Positions 37,236-50,692 are shown, counted from the whole stretch's first letter. The stretch is DNA of 61,896 nucleotides, filler included, from Bonamia ostreae (GCA_040357525.1; 20 parts of 20 records of this genome joined end to end with filler, not necessarily neighbours in it), one strand, 5' to 3'. Notes: generated by a model from the letters alone, not told the origin. Numbers and translations: made by a program.

Positions 37236-37384
37236 NNNNNNNNNNNNNNNNNNNNNNNNNNNNNNNNNNNNNNNNNNNNTTAATTAATTAANNNNNNNNN
37301 NNNNNNNNNNNNNNNNNNNNNNNNNNNNNNNNNNNTTAAAATATTTTTTTAATTTTAAAATATTTTTCGCTAAATTTTTATTTA

Positions 37385-38632
37385 ACCTCGTAAATACAGT
37401 GATAACATTCATTTTGTAATGAATTTGAAGTCTTTCACCATCATATTTTGGCTCTGCAACAAATTTTTCTTTTCCCAGATGCTAAAATTTTTGGTCAAAA
37501 CTGAAATTATTCTATTAATTGGTAATCTAGAAGCGAGCATTGGTCGAAACGGTTTCCCAAATTTTTTTATTCCATTTTTAATTAAATTTTGTTTTTCAAA
37601 GACAGTTTCACAAACTTTTGGTTGATAAAATTATCATTAAAAATTTAGTTTTTGTTAAATTTGTTTTAACCAATTTTAAGATCGCAACATTCATTGAACC
37701 AATTAACAGCATTTGGATGAAAAGCTTTTAAGATTTCATTTGAAGATATTCCAAATTTCATTTCCTTTAAAACAATTCGAATTAACCACTTTAAATTATA
37801 AACAAATTTACAGTCAATTCCAGTTTTGTCGTGGAAAACAAAATTGGCATAAAAATATCTTTTTGTGCTTTTCTTTTTAAATTAATTTTGGTCAAAAATA
37901 ATTTTTAAAATATTAAAATTAAAAATTTGTATAGTAAAGAAAATATAAAAACAAATTGTTTCGACTTTTTAGATCGTTTAAGAATTTGAAAATTCTTTTA
38001 ATCGTTATATTCGAAGCGCTTTTAGACAAACGTGGCGATATTGTTGCAATTACCAATTTTGTAAAATCAAATAAATATTCGCTCTAATTTATTCAAATTT
38101 AGTTTTAACGATTACGTAAACTGGATTGCTCCAGAAAATTTTTATAAAATTTTAAAATTCAGCTTTTTTAATAAAATTTTAAAAGCTTTTTTGAGACGTT
38201 CTTTAGTCGGTTTGGCAAAATTTTCTAGACGAGATTTCTCGTTTTTGGGGAGACAAAGACATTCGGAAATTATTTTCGATATTTTTCGTTCGTTCAAATA
38301 ATAAATTTCAGAAACTTGCATCTTAAATTTGGAGAAAATAACTGTTGGTAACAATAATCTCAGAATGGGATAAAAATTTTTGTATTTTTTTGCAAAAATT
38401 CGGAATATCTTTTCTTTAAATTTTAGCTCTTGGTTAAATTTTTTAGGTCGAAATATTTTTATAATTTGAATATTTTACAATTTTACAAGTTTTTGAATAA
38501 ATTTTCTTCTTTTTAATGAATTTTCTTTTAACCGTTTAAATACAAAATTTTTTTTCGTTTTGTTCTAGTTTTTTGCAGTTTGTCCATTTTTCTGCAAATC
38601 AAATGAAATCGAGTGTCGTTAATATCAGACAT
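37385..38632 (-). CDS. LIG4: DNA ligase IV, N-terminal part (truncated)
   Basis: YPILRLLLP, FHPNAVNWFNECCDLK, KPFRPMLASR and the adenylation motif AEPKYDGERLQIH..FTR. Mostly missed by the ORF track. Confidence 0.78.
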
Positions 38633-38797
38633 TCCCGATATAAATTTAATTTACCAATAATTTTTTAAGCTTATAATCGGATTTTATAAACGATATAAGC
38701 GCCTTAAAAAATAATTTCAAATTTTTACCGACTTTTTGTTTGGACAGTTTATAGAAACAGTTTTGAAATCAAAAATCAACAAAATTTAGCCATTTAG

Positions 38798-40325
38798 ATG
38801 GAAGAGAAAAAAATTGAATCGATAAAAAGCGAATATGTTCACAGAGAATCAGAAATAGATCAAATATTCAGTGCTTTAAATAGCCCCAAAAATTTTAGTG
38901 TTCGTTTATTGTTGATTTACGGATTCAACAACACCGGAAAAACATCGATTTTATCCAAAATCGTAAAATTAAGCTTTTCTGTCTTCGCTTTTATAGATTG
39001 CCGTCTTTTTGACGACGAAAGAAATTTTTATGAGGAGATAATTTATCAATTAAATTCAAAACACGAAAAACTGACATTAGTCCCAAAATATAAAGCTTTA
39101 AAATTTTCGGATTTTTGTGAAAAGCTAAATAGTATAAATAAGAGTTTTTGTTTGGTTTTCGACCATTTTGAATCGATCCAAAAGTTTGGTAAAATGAGTT
39201 TAGAAAGATTGACTAGAATTACCGACGAGATCGAAAATGCCAAAATCGTCTTTGTTCAAACAGGATTCGACACCAAATGTCTTTTGGGAAATGATCACAT
39301 TTACAAGATATTTTTTGATAATCTTGATAAGAAACAGTTATCGGAAATTATTTCGTCAAAGCTTACAAAACATAAGAAGTTTAGTTGTTTTACATATAAT
39401 AAGTATCGGACTTAACAAAAATGATAACGCGAGATTTAAAAATCTTGCAAAACGGGTTTGTGATGTGTTTTCTGTTTACACTTTCGATTTGCAAAAACTT
39501 TTGCAAATTTGTTATTATTTGATTAATGAGCTTAATGGCGAGTTTGAAGTTTTTAAACCGTTATAACAAGTTGTCAGAGATAAAAAAGATAGAAAGAAAA
39601 ATATGTCTAAATTTTAATAATTTGAATTTTATTTTAGCCGGTGATAAAAATAAGGTCATTTTTAAATTGCTAAAAAAATTTACTAAAAAAATTTACTAAA
39701 AATTTAATAGAAAACCGACAAACTCCCAAAAACGTTCAAATATTTAATAATCGGGACGTTTTTGGCTTCTTTTTTGGAAAAATCAATGGACAAAAAAATT
39801 TTTAATGTTTTTGGGGACATTAAGAAAAACAAAAAAGTTATGTACAAAAAAATTTCTGTTTTTTAAAAATTTGCATATTTGTTTTTAAAGCGCTATTTTT
39901 GTAAATTAATATTTTTTTATTTTTGCAAATTTTACGAATAAAAATTTGAAGAAAACACCAAAACAAACAACATTGTTAGCAGGACCGAAAATATTCAATT
40001 TTGCAAGATTTTCAAAAATTTTTAATTTCGTTTTAAGTTTTAACTAAAAAATTAAAGATTATTGTGAAGAAAATATTAGTTTTAGCGATTCTATTCTCCA
40101 TTTCCATGTTTTAAAATTTCAAAACACAATATTATTTTTGTTTATACAAACAATTTGCCTTTACAAAAATTTAAGTTGAGAACATTGGAAAATGCAAAAC
40201 TGATAAAGAAACATGGAAAAAATTTTGGGAATAAAGACAAAAAATGGATTTGCAAAACAGATTTAAATTTTAATTTGTATTTGGCAAATTCTGTTAATTT
40301 TCCGCTAAAAGAATTTTTTAGTTGA
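38798..40325 (+). CDS. ORC5: Origin recognition complex subunit 5
   Basis: HRESEIDQI, IYGFNNTGKT, then KYLIIGTFLAS and LLAGPKIFNF of the ORC5 C-terminal domain; several short introns. Confidence 0.82.
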
Positions 40326-41899
40326 TAATAAANNNNNNNNNNNNNNNNNNNNNNNNNNNNNNNNNNNNNNNNNNNNTTAATTAATTAANNNNNNNNNNNN
40401 NNNNNNNNNNNNNNNNNNNNNNNNNNNNNNNNCAACAAGTGCAAGTGCAAGTGCTTCGACCTCATATTGAGCGTTTAAATCATTTCAAATTTCGTTTACT
40501 CTTAGAGGTAACAGAAGGTGAAATATGAGCTTTCCGAAAAAAGAAAAACAACCAAATAACGGTACATATATAACAGCTAATATTTTATTATCATCAATGG
40601 TCGTTGAACAAGTTGTAAATTGATTATATATCTTTATTTGGATCAGCAGGTACATGCAACTGCAGAGTATCTGGTACTTTAGTTTTTCTTCCCATTGAAT
40701 ATTCTTTTAAGTTTTATTCCCATTGAATTTCTTTAAGGTTTTTTTCCCGGTGAAATTAAACTTGAAGAAATATGGCCTAAAGTAAGCATATTGCATCGAC
40801 AATTTTTTAATATATATATACGACCAATATGTGTCAATTGGCGTAATTCTTCTAAAGAAAGCTCTATTCACAAATATGTCTGAACAAAATTATCTAATTC
40901 AATATTTTTTGTAGAGCATATCAAATTGATTTTGCATATTCGTTCTGAAAAGTGAAAGTGCAACAATTAAATTGTTAATTGCTTCTCTTTTCAGTAACTT
41001 CAATTCTGGTTGTATTTAAAATGGTCGAATCTCTTCAACAACATGATCAACTTTTTGTTGATCAACAGCTAAATCATTTATACTACTCCATATTGCGTTT
41101 AAATCGTCCTCACTTACAATTCTAAAAAGAAAAAGCAAGGCTTTTCTCACAATGGGAAGTAAAGATCTATCTGTAAGCTAATTCTTGGAAGGTACTCAAT
41201 CTTTCGCTTTGAGTTGCTCTTGAATTTATCATTTCAGTATCAAGACCCTTGTAAACGAAAACGGAAGTTTTTTCATACAGTCATTTAAAATGTACTATCA
41301 AAAGCATTTTGACTCGATTTAGTTTGCTAAGCTCAGTATATAGGTTATCAGAGAATGTCTGATAAGGTGTAAGGTATGTAACCAAGGTAATCATCCAGAA
41401 TTTGACATTGCAAACAACAGGATTGCGATACATAGACAATATTTCATCTCCCACAAGAAGTGACAAAAACTGTTTTGCACTTAAACAGATACCATGATCA
41501 ATTCCCCTAATCATCATACACCAAGCTACCATATTCTTTATCATCACACCTCAGCAGGTACAAGACAACATTTGTAAGGTTTAACAACTAACCACTCTAT
41601 CCAGAGTACCACAGTGCACGTGTAAGATTATGTAAGCGCTGAAAACAGCTGGGACTCTCAACACATTGTTTAATTTCTGTGGTTAAACAGAGTTATAACG
41701 TTTTACTTTCGGTTTCCTTATTGTAAAACGTCAATAGACATCGTATTATCACTCTCTGATTCTTCATTGATATTCGAGAATGACTCTTTCTTATCCTCTT
41801 GTTACTCGGTCTTTTGTCGAAACGTGTATCGCAGCTTAATCTGCTTAGAGGGTTCCATTATAGGAATGTCATCCCTTGATGACCAGTCATCTCTCTCTT

Positions 41900-43425
41900 T
41901 ATGATAACACTTCGACAATTTTGACAGGGGCATGATTCAACATTTGAGCTTTGTGATGATTCATTCTTTTGTTAATGATCTAATTCTGGTTCCTATTTCA
42001 CTGTTTCCAGGAGGCACAACATATTCCGCTTTCCTTATTTGTCGACCTTCATCGTTTATTGGAATGTTCCACTCTTCTACTGGTGCTAATCGTAGGAGTT
42101 CTTCGTGAGCTTTCACTTCCCTTCCTGTGAGCCGATTATTTATCAAAGGTGACAGGAACAGTTTGTTTAACGATTCTAAAGAAAAGTTTTGGCATTGGTT
42201 GATAACGCAAAAAACCGGATCTCTAACTCATAGTTCCCCATTTTTACCAGATTCCATGTCTTGCTTGTTTACATTTGGATAGCTTCATTATTATTTGAGA
42301 TAAGGTAAAAAAGTGTAGATCCTCGCCTACGTACTTCCGACATGATCTTAAATGTTTTCGATAGGTAGAACTACATCACGAATGTAAACGAGAGAGAAAG
42401 GAGAATAATGAGAAGTTGATTCTTTGATATAAAATCTAATGGCAGACGATGTTTGGTTCAAATAGATATTGTGAGATTATCTCTTCTCTAATTTCTTAAG
42501 TCATAACATTATGGAGTATCCTGTGAAAACGTTCGACCTTGGTATTGCTTTGTGGATGATAGTAAGAAGTAATTAAATCATTTATGTTCAGTGGAATGAA
42601 CGTCTCCCTAACTATACGATTTTCATTTTCAGTACCGTTATCCGTAACGCTCTGCAATGGTGCTCCATACCTAGGACATATTTCTTCCCGACAAATGCAA
42701 GCCAATTTTAGCAAAGAGGTAAGGTGGTATGTTATATCAGTCTCCTGAAGGAATAAGTTATACGCTTATTAATCTATTCATAGGGCTGATTTAGAATTAC
42801 TTTTCCCTAATGATGTCAAAAGTTTTGTCAAGGTCAAAATGACCACATCTTATCATTTCAGAACTCTGAGTCTATGAAATGTATCATATAACCTCAGTGT
42901 GAGGTTATGTTCATGGTTTGATCCAAAATATATCACATCATCAATAACTATGTGCTTTTTTCATTACAATTTTTTCTGCTCGTCCTTGTTGAATTTTAAG
43001 ATGCAGAGTTCTAACTTCTGGAGTTTTGTCTTGTTCTTTCACCATATCTATGCCCTCCAACTCACTTTGAAGTTTCCGTGCTGAAAAGTGGTATATCTGG
43101 GAACTCAACACTTCCGTTTGAATAATTTTTGGGATTGATCTGGTTCGAATCTATAATTAATTTCCAATACCTTGCCACTGATTATTCGTCTATCAGTTTC
43201 TTACCTTGTTGTATATCCTCTTCACTCTGTGTAAGCGATACCAAATCTGCAAAAGTGTTTTCAGTTCCGGCTATATATTCTATGCGACAGTTATATACGG
43301 ATATGCCAAGGGCCCATAAGTATATTTTTCGGTTTTTCATTGGCGAATCTAGCAAATATTTCAAGAATATATGATCACTTTTGATCACAAATACGATTAT
43401 AATGCAAATAATGATTTAATTTTTG
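41900..43425 (-). mobile_element. Degenerate Ty3/Gypsy LTR retrotransposon pol remnant (RNase H, integrase), probably host-derived
   Basis: SDH..LKYLL..WAL..YNCRIEYIAG.EN..AD and RYGAPLQSVTDNGTE..SYYHPQSN.KVERFHR, interrupted by stops and frameshifts. Confidence 0.88.
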
Positions 43426-44078
43426 NNNNNNNNNNNNNNNNNNNNNNNNNNNNNNNNNNNNNNNNNNNNTTAATTAATTAANNNNNNNNNNNNNNNNNNN
43501 NNNNNNNNNNNNNNNNNNNNNNNNNTGCTCGTGCAGTCTGTTGATTGGGTGTGATTTCTAAATTTGTTTTATTTTTATTGTCTTTATAAATTTTATTTAT
43601 CATTTTGATGCTTTTGGTATATAGGATTATTGGTATATACATATATGTAAAATAATATTCACAAATTAATCTGGAAACCTTTTTATTTTGTCAGAACGTC
43701 AAATTATTGATATAATTTTGACACCAAAATATTTTAAAAACTAGAAATAAAAATATTATCTCTGCAAATTTTTCTCTTAAAGCGGGGTCCCAAAGAATCG
43801 ATATTTTATTTAAAGTTGTCTCGGAGGTAACAAAAGGATCAATATTTTATAAAACATTCAAACATAAAAAATGAGAAAAAAAACATTCAAAAAATGAAAA
43901 TAAAAAATGAAAATATTTGAAAAAATGAAAATGATAAAGATTTATTCATTTCTATCCCAGTAAATTAAACAAATGGGATTTCCATTTTAATATTCGTGTT
44001 AGTTTCTTTTTCGGATTAACAAAAAGCTTATTCGTTGAATCCAATTATATTGGATATAGTTAACAGAGCCAAGATAAA

Positions 44079-45260
44079 ATGGCTGGAACGGAAGAACGGA
44101 TTCTGTTTTGCAAAAATAACAAAACTTTTGAAATTTCTTTGCGTGATGACAAAGTTGAAATATTTCAAGGAAAACTTTTTTGCGGCGATAAAAATCATCA
44201 ATCTTCAAAAGTTTGCAAAACAAATTTGAATTAAAAATTAAAAAAACAAATTTAAGTTAAACCAAATTTTAAATAAAAACGACAAAATTTGAAATTTGCA
44301 AAAATGTTAAAATAAAATCAAAAATAGCTTAAATTTCGATAAAAAAAATTAAAATTTGGAAAAGTTTGGCAACGCAAAACAAATATTCCAAAATACCAAA
44401 AAAACCAAAATTGGTCAAAAATTCAAAATCCTTTCAGTTTATAGCGGAAAAACTCTCTCAATTCTCTCGTTGCCCTCTGTCATCGTCAGTCGTCTTCTTT
44501 TCTTTCTCCCATTCGAAAGCGCCTTCAATCTCGTTATTTCCAACAAAACTTTCTCGGAATTGCTCAAAACAAATCCATTTAAAGCTTTTTACGATATAAA
44601 AATTGACTTTTTATTGAACAAAAAGACATTTTTTGATTTTCTGTCGACCGAAGCTGCTTTGAAAGTAAAGAGAATAGACATAGAAAACATTCCAAATGAT
44701 AAAGCGAAAAATTTGTTTTTTGTAATTAGCCAAATTTGTTTTGATCTGGTTGTTCTAAAGACGGATTTGGAATATAAAGACGAAAATTGTGCCATTGCGA
44801 AAATGTTGTTGGATCGGTTGAATGAGTTTGACGTAAAAAATAGGTTGGTTGTTTTTGCGGATGGCCAAATTGTTGATTTAAAAAAATAATTTTTTGTTAT
44901 TGAAATTTTGATTATTTTTGTTATTGAACTTTTGATTATTGTTATTGAAATTTGATTATTTTTGTTATTGAAATTTGATTATTTTTGTTATTGAAATTTG
45001 ATTATTTTTGTTATTGAAATTTGATTATNNNNNNNNNNNNNNNNNNNNNNNNNNNNNNNNNNNNNNNNNNNNNNNNNNNNNNNNNNNNNNNNNNNNNNNN
45101 NNNNNNNNNNNNNNNNNNNNNNNNNNNNTTTGATTATTTTTGTTATTGAAATTTGATTATTTTTGTTATTGAAATTTGATTATTTTTGTTATTGAAATTT
45201 TGATTATTTTTGTTATTGAAATTTTGATTATTTTTGTTATCACAGATTTTCAAAATTTGA
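44079..45260 (+). CDS. Protein with WGR-like N-terminus and F-box-like motif
   Basis: MAGTEE..NKTFEISLRDDKVEIFQGK..|FGNAKQIFQNTKKTK..FK, then ILSLPSVIVSRLLFFLPFESAFNLVISNKTF. Confidence 0.5.
44890..45240. repeat. About 21-bp tandem repeat (TTTGATTATTTTTGTTATTGAAA), intronic, with an assembly gap
   Basis: Many near-identical copies, ending just before a CACAG acceptor. Confidence 0.9.
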
Positions 45261-45285
45261 CAAATTGCTAAATAACAGAATGTTT

Positions 45286-46380
45286 TTATCCCAATTTTTC
45301 CCACACCAATTTCTCCATTTTGCAATAATATTCGCAAAGAGTTTCGTACATATCTTGTTTCTGTTCATTCTTTGATTTTTGAATTACAAAAATTTAATTT
45401 TTGCTCATTTTAAATATATTGCCAAACTAGTTTTTTCTCATTAATTTCCATATAATATTTTTTTATCGACCGATCAACAACGCTCACCAGTTGAAGCAAA
45501 GCGTCTTCAAATTGCTTTAATTCATTTTTATCCAAATTATCTTCTTTTTCTGTTTTGTAAAAGTTCTCAAAATATATTTTTATTCCTCCATTAACCTCTT
45601 TTTATTGAAAACAATTTTGAAAAATTTTCTATTTTTTTGGATTTAGTCGAAAAACGGGCCAATAAAGTTCCGACAAGAAGATTTTCAAGACTTGAAATAT
45701 TTAATGGTTTCGCCGAGACCACTAAATTTAATTCATCGATTCTACTTTGTACATCGTCATGGGCCACTTTTACCGCTGAATAAGTTTCCTTTTTATTTAT
45801 AATTTGGCTTTTTTGCAAATTTTTAGTTAATCGATTTTGATTTTTCGATATCAAAATTTTCCGATTTTAAAATACAAAAAACATTTGAGATCGCTAGAAC
45901 TTTTTGTCTTGTAACAATTGTTGGAAAGGGATGTTCGACTTTTACTTTGTAAACCATTTTTTCCTCGTTTTTAAGTCTAACTTCGTATTTAAAAGTATCT
46001 TATTTTTTAAAATTTAGCTTATAGCAATCGACTATTTTTTAATAACTTTTATAAGTCGATCGTTCAAATTTGTTTTTATCTCTGAAATTTGAAATCGGTT
46101 TCAAATGATTTACGCTTAAAAAAGCTTGGTTGTCGTTCAGTTCTTTGTCTTCATTTTCAACAAAATTAACATTCGTTTCTAATGTAGATTCGTATTTTTT
46201 CTTCAATTTTTGAGGAAAAAACTTTCATTTCTTCGCAAAAATCGCCTAACAAAGTGTTTCCTTTTCTTCGGTAAACAAATTTCTCTCCGTTCATATCTCC
46301 AAAAGGTTTTCCTAAAAAGGTGACCAAAAAATAAGTTCCGAAATGTTTGTGTGCTTCGTTATGTTCCTTCAGATTTAAAA
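45286..46380 (-). CDS. DOCK-family GEF, DHR2 domain (5' truncated)
   Basis: FGTYFLVTFLGKPFGDMNGEKFVYR, HPFPTIVTRQKV, LENLLVGTLLAR|VNGGIKIY. Confidence 0.78.
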
Positions 46381-46612
46381 TTTGGTTTAATTGGCAATTT
46401 TATAAAATACAACAAAAACTTTGTACATTCGCAACTAAAAAATCAAATTGGCATTAAATTAAAACGACTTTAAAAAACAAACAATCAAAATTCAAAACGA
46501 CAAAAGTAAAAANNNNNNNNNNNNNNNNNNNNNNNNNNNNNNNNNNNNNNNNNNNNTTAATTAATTAANNNNNNNNNNNNNNNNNNNNNNNNNNNNNNNN
46601 NNNNNNNNNNNN

Positions 46613-46985
46613 CGAAAAAAATAAAATAATGAAAAAAAAAATAAAATTTGGGCAAAAAAAATTTGACTAAAAAAATAAAATTTGAACAAAAAATAAAAAT
46701 GGCGAAAAAAATAAAATAATGAAAAAAATAAAATTTGGAAAAAAAATTTGAACAAAAAATAAAAATGGCGAAAAAAATAAAATTTGGGAAAAAAAATTTG
46801 AACAAAAAATAAAAATGACGAAAAAAATAAAATTTGGGCAAAAAAATTTGACTAAAAAAATAAAATTTGGACAAAAAATAAAAATAATGAAAAAAAATAA
46901 TTTGGACAAAAAATAAAAATAATGAAATAAAATAATTTGGACAAAAAATAAAAAATGAAATTTAAACAAAAAACAAAATTTGTGC
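46613..46985. repeat. A-rich tandem repeat forming a DHPS intron
   Basis: Repeated AAAAAAATAAAATTTG(A/G)ACAAAAAATAAAAATG units. Confidence 0.8.
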
Positions 46986-46989
46986 AAAA

Positions 46990-48024
46990 CCTTAAAAGCC
47001 CAATAACAAACAGATCTTTCATCGTCAATTTCTTTTCCTAAACGGTCGATTACCTTCGAAGGAGTCCAAACGACGCCATTTTGATCTTGCTCATCTTGCA
47101 TTCTGTGGATTATCGGAACGATCCAATCTTCAAACTTGCAATAGTTTTCATTCGGGACGAGCAAATTGCCGATCCGATTATGTCCTTTTTCCCGTAATTT
47201 TTTCCCGTCCAAATTGAAATCGCCGATGTAATGCGGCGCGAGACATTTTATCAGATCTTCTTCGATTCCGCCGCCTGTTGTCACAATGACATCTATTTTT
47301 CTGTGCTTAACCAAATAGACCAGACTTTCTCGGATTCCGCTGGATATCATGTTTGACGTGTAGCCAAGAAAAATGGTACATTTCTGGTTTTCTTTTGTTT
47401 CTGTAGTTTTTTGTGTCGGTCGCCATTTTATCTTTTAATGACAAATTTTTATTAAAATCGCGAAGAAAAAATTTTTATTCAAATCTCAAAATATTTTGAA
47501 GAAAAATTAAAATAGCGAAGAAAAAAATTTCGAAAAAAATATTTAAAATCGCAAATACAAAAATTTTTATTAAAATCGCAAAGAAAAAATTTCGTAAAAA
47601 AAATTTAAAATCGCAAATACAAAAATTTTTAAAATCGCAAAGAAAAAATTTCGAAGAAAAAAAATATTTATAAAATCTCAAAGAAAAAAATTTTGTGTTT
47701 GAAACTGCAAATACATTAACAAAACCATTATAAAAATATTTTACAATAAAAACCATTTTGTTTATGGTTTCAGCAGCCAACCCGAGATTTGTAGCTTGAA
47801 ATCCGGTAGTTTTAAAAGATCTAAAAAATGCTTCCGAATCAAAATCCCCATCAAAAGCATATCCTTTGACTTCAGGATGACCTTCTGGCATCGGCGAACA
47901 TTCAACAAGTACAGCCTCAGAAGCTTTTTTCGGCTTTTACATTTTTTAATTCTTGCATATAAATACAAATTTCAATGACTACAGGACTATATATAAAAAC
48001 TATCGTCGAGTTTTTGTCTGCCAT
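46990..48024 (-). CDS. DHPS: Deoxyhypusine synthase (3' truncated)
   Basis: [61 protein letters not shown]. Confidence 0.96.
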
Positions 48025-48079
48025 TGACCGAAATCGCTGTGGCTAAATCTTTATTGTATCGTTACAACTAAATTAGTCA

Positions 48080-49591
48080 ATGTCTAAAGTCGAAGGAAAT
48101 GAATATCCTTCTCCCGGTCTAATTAGAAGCGTTTCAGCAAATTTTTCTGGTGAAAAAACGGTCGTCATCATGGTCGGATTGCCGTACATGGGAAAGTCGT
48201 TTGTTGCCAGAAAACTATATCGGTTCTTCTCGTGGCTCGGGTTCAATGCCAAAGTTTGCTAATTCGAATAGTTTCAGATTTTCAATGTGGCGGACCGCAT
48301 CCAAAACGAAATCGATTCAAGTTGGACAAACGACCATGAACTGCGGAAAAAATATTCTTGCAAAGTACTTTATGAACTTACGAACTATCTGAAAAACGAA
48401 GGGGGCAACTTGGGAATTTATGACGCTACAAATTGTAGTAAGGACAGAAGAAAACTTGTTATTGAGATACTTAAAAGTAGTCTCAAAAACGAAGAATATC
48501 ATGTTGGTTTATATAATTTTTTTCGTTGTTAAAATTTTGAGGAAAATAAATATTTTTCGTTGTTTAAATTTCGAGGAAAATAAATATTTTTCGTTTTTAA
48601 AATTTTGAGGAAAATAAATATTTTTTGTTTTTAAATTTCGAAGAAAATAAATATTTTTCGTTCTTTAAAATTAAAGAAAAAAAATATTTTTCGTTGTTTA
48701 AATTTTGAGGAAAAAAATTTAATTTTAAAAAAATATTCAAAATTTAATTAAAAAAAAACATTGCAAAATATTTCAAAAAAACACAATAAAAAAGTTTGGG
48801 TGGAGTCATCCTGCGGCGATGAGCGATTAGGGCAAATTCGCCAAAAAAAGTTTAGGAAAAGAGGACAAAGCGCCGAAGAAATTGCAATGGAAAAAGAGAA
48901 AATGAAATATTACGAGAGCAAATACGAGCCATTCGATGAAGATTCTGAGCTCTACATCAAAATTTACGAATTCCAAAAACTGGTTAGCAACAAAATCGAA
49001 GGTTACATTCCAGCCAAAATGTTGTACTTTTTATCAAACGTTAAAATCGAACCGAAACCTCTGTTCTTCACCCGCCACGGAGAAAGTGAATATAACGTTT
49101 TGGATAAAGTTGGTGGTGACAGCCCTTTATCCGCGTACGGAAGAAAGTACGCTGGGGAATTATATGGCTTCATGAAAACTCAACCCGAATTCGATGAGGT
49201 CAAAACTAAATTTTGTGGTCAAACTTTATAACGAAAGACTAAATTTTATTGTAAAGAAAACAAAAATATATTGTTCGACATTGAAGCGCACTATAGAAAC
49301 GATTAAAATATCGGGTTTCAACAAACAAAAAAGACCTCCGATTGAATGGAGAGCCCTGTCGGAAATCGAAGTAGGAATTTGTGACGGAATGTCTTACAAA
49401 GAAATCGAAGAAAAAATGCCTGAAGAATATGAAAAGAGAAAAATTGACAAGCTTAATTACAGGTTGACTAAAATGGAAATTTGTAAAAATAATCAAAAAT
49501 TTGGAAATTCGAAAAAATATTTCGGAAATAAAAAATTGCAAGAAAATAAAAAATTTCGGACATTTGAAAATATAAAATTTTGAAATTTGTG
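48080..49591 (+). CDS. PFKFB: 6-phosphofructo-2-kinase/fructose-2,6-bisphosphatase (3' truncated)
   Basis: VIMVGLPYMGKS, IYDATN, TRHGESEYNV..VGGDS, LSEIEVGICDGMSY. Confidence 0.94.
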
Positions 49592-49772
49592 NNNNNNNNN
49601 NNNNNNNNNNNNNNNNNNNNNNNNNNNNNNNNNNNTTAATTAATTAANNNNNNNNNNNNNNNNNNNNNNNNNNNNNNNNNNNNNNNNNNNNCGAAAAAAA
49701 TTTTCCCAATAAAACAGAAATGGAAAGTGGATATTTTTATCAGATCTTTGTTTTTTGTCAACAAAGATTTAA

Positions 49773-50034
49773 TCAAATATCCCCACTTTCCATTTCGTCC
49801 TTTGCGGGTAAATTGAAATCGAGGGCAAGGCTCAAGATAGCCGCCTTTGTACCCTCGTTTTGCTTCAATAAAATTTTATTTGTTGAAACTGGATCATTCA
49901 AATCGTTATAAAAAGGACTAGTTTTTTTAAAGTCACCTTAAACCCGTTCGCTCCAGAAGATAACAGGGAGGAGGGAACATAATGATCTGAGCTGGAATAT
50001 TGAAGACAAAATTTTTGATCTTTTCCGTCGACAT
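49773..50034 (-). CDS. Small hypothetical protein (about 80 aa, one 19-nt intron)
   Basis: ATG at 50034 downstream of a GCTAAA motif. The intron GTGACTTTAAAAAAACTAG joins two frames. Confidence 0.4.
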
Positions 50035-50119
50035 TTTAAAGTAAATTTTTAAGTTTAGCGGTAAAAATTTATAGATTAAATAAGATAACGCTTTTTACAT
50101 TCGAAAATAGTCTTTTGCG

Positions 50120-50692
50120 CTAATCAAATTGTTTACTTTTCTCCAAAATACTCTCAAAATCAAATTCGACATCGGTTATTCGAACGATAGTCGTCTTTGG
50201 AATAAATTCTTTTAGTCTATTGTATCCTTTTCGTCTTTTCTTTTTAAACACCATTATCGGTTTCAACTCAGTTTGCTCTTCTACAACGCCCAAAACTTTC
50301 GAATTTGATACCAAAGGCTGGCCTATAACCGTGGCATTTCTCGAACCGACCATTAAAACATTCTCCCATGTTACTCTGTCTCCGATGTCATAAAGTCTTT
50401 TGTTGTCGTCGAAAAGACGTTCAAGCATCAGTCTATCGCCGACGCTAACGAAGTATTGGCGATTCACCAATCGCGACGCGTCGTGCAAAGCAAAAATTGC
50501 AAATTTGCTCGAAGCGGTGGATTTGCCAAGATCTGATTTTTCGGTTTCGGGCAATTTGTGGATTGCCATGAATTGGCTTGTTTTCGGAGCTAACAAAGTT
50601 TGCGAAGTCGGAATTTTCGGCTTTGTCGGTTTGGTTTTGCTAGCTAGTTTGGAACAGCTCCTTCTGAATATCAAAATATGATTAAAGCCCAA
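50120..50692 (-). CDS. MRPL21: Mitochondrial ribosomal protein bL21
   Basis: FAIF..RQYFVSVGD, VLMVGS..TVIGQPLV, VEEQT..IMVFKKKRRKGY. Start codon uncertain. Confidence 0.9.
   Translation of the reverse strand: MGFNHILIFRRSCSKLASKTKPTKPKIPTSQTLLAPKTSQFMAIHKLPETEKSDLGKSTASSKFAIFALHDASRLVNRQYFVSVGDRLMLERLFDDNKRLYDIGDRVTWENVLMVGSRNATVIGQPLVSNSKVLGVVEEQTELKPIMVFKKKRRKGYNRLKEFIPKTTIVRITDVEFDFESILEKSKQFD

Noticed and set aside
40433-43425. Gypsy element as an active parasite transposon or horizontal transfer
   Set aside because: It is heavily degenerate, has no linked parasite-type gene, and its composition resembles the other host-like contigs.
48100-48112. Other ATATCCTT/GTATCCTT words (about 48103, 47859, 50222) as further U12 donors
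   Set aside because: They lie in uninterrupted coding sequence or on the antisense strand, and no matching branch site and AC/AG end is needed to keep the frame.
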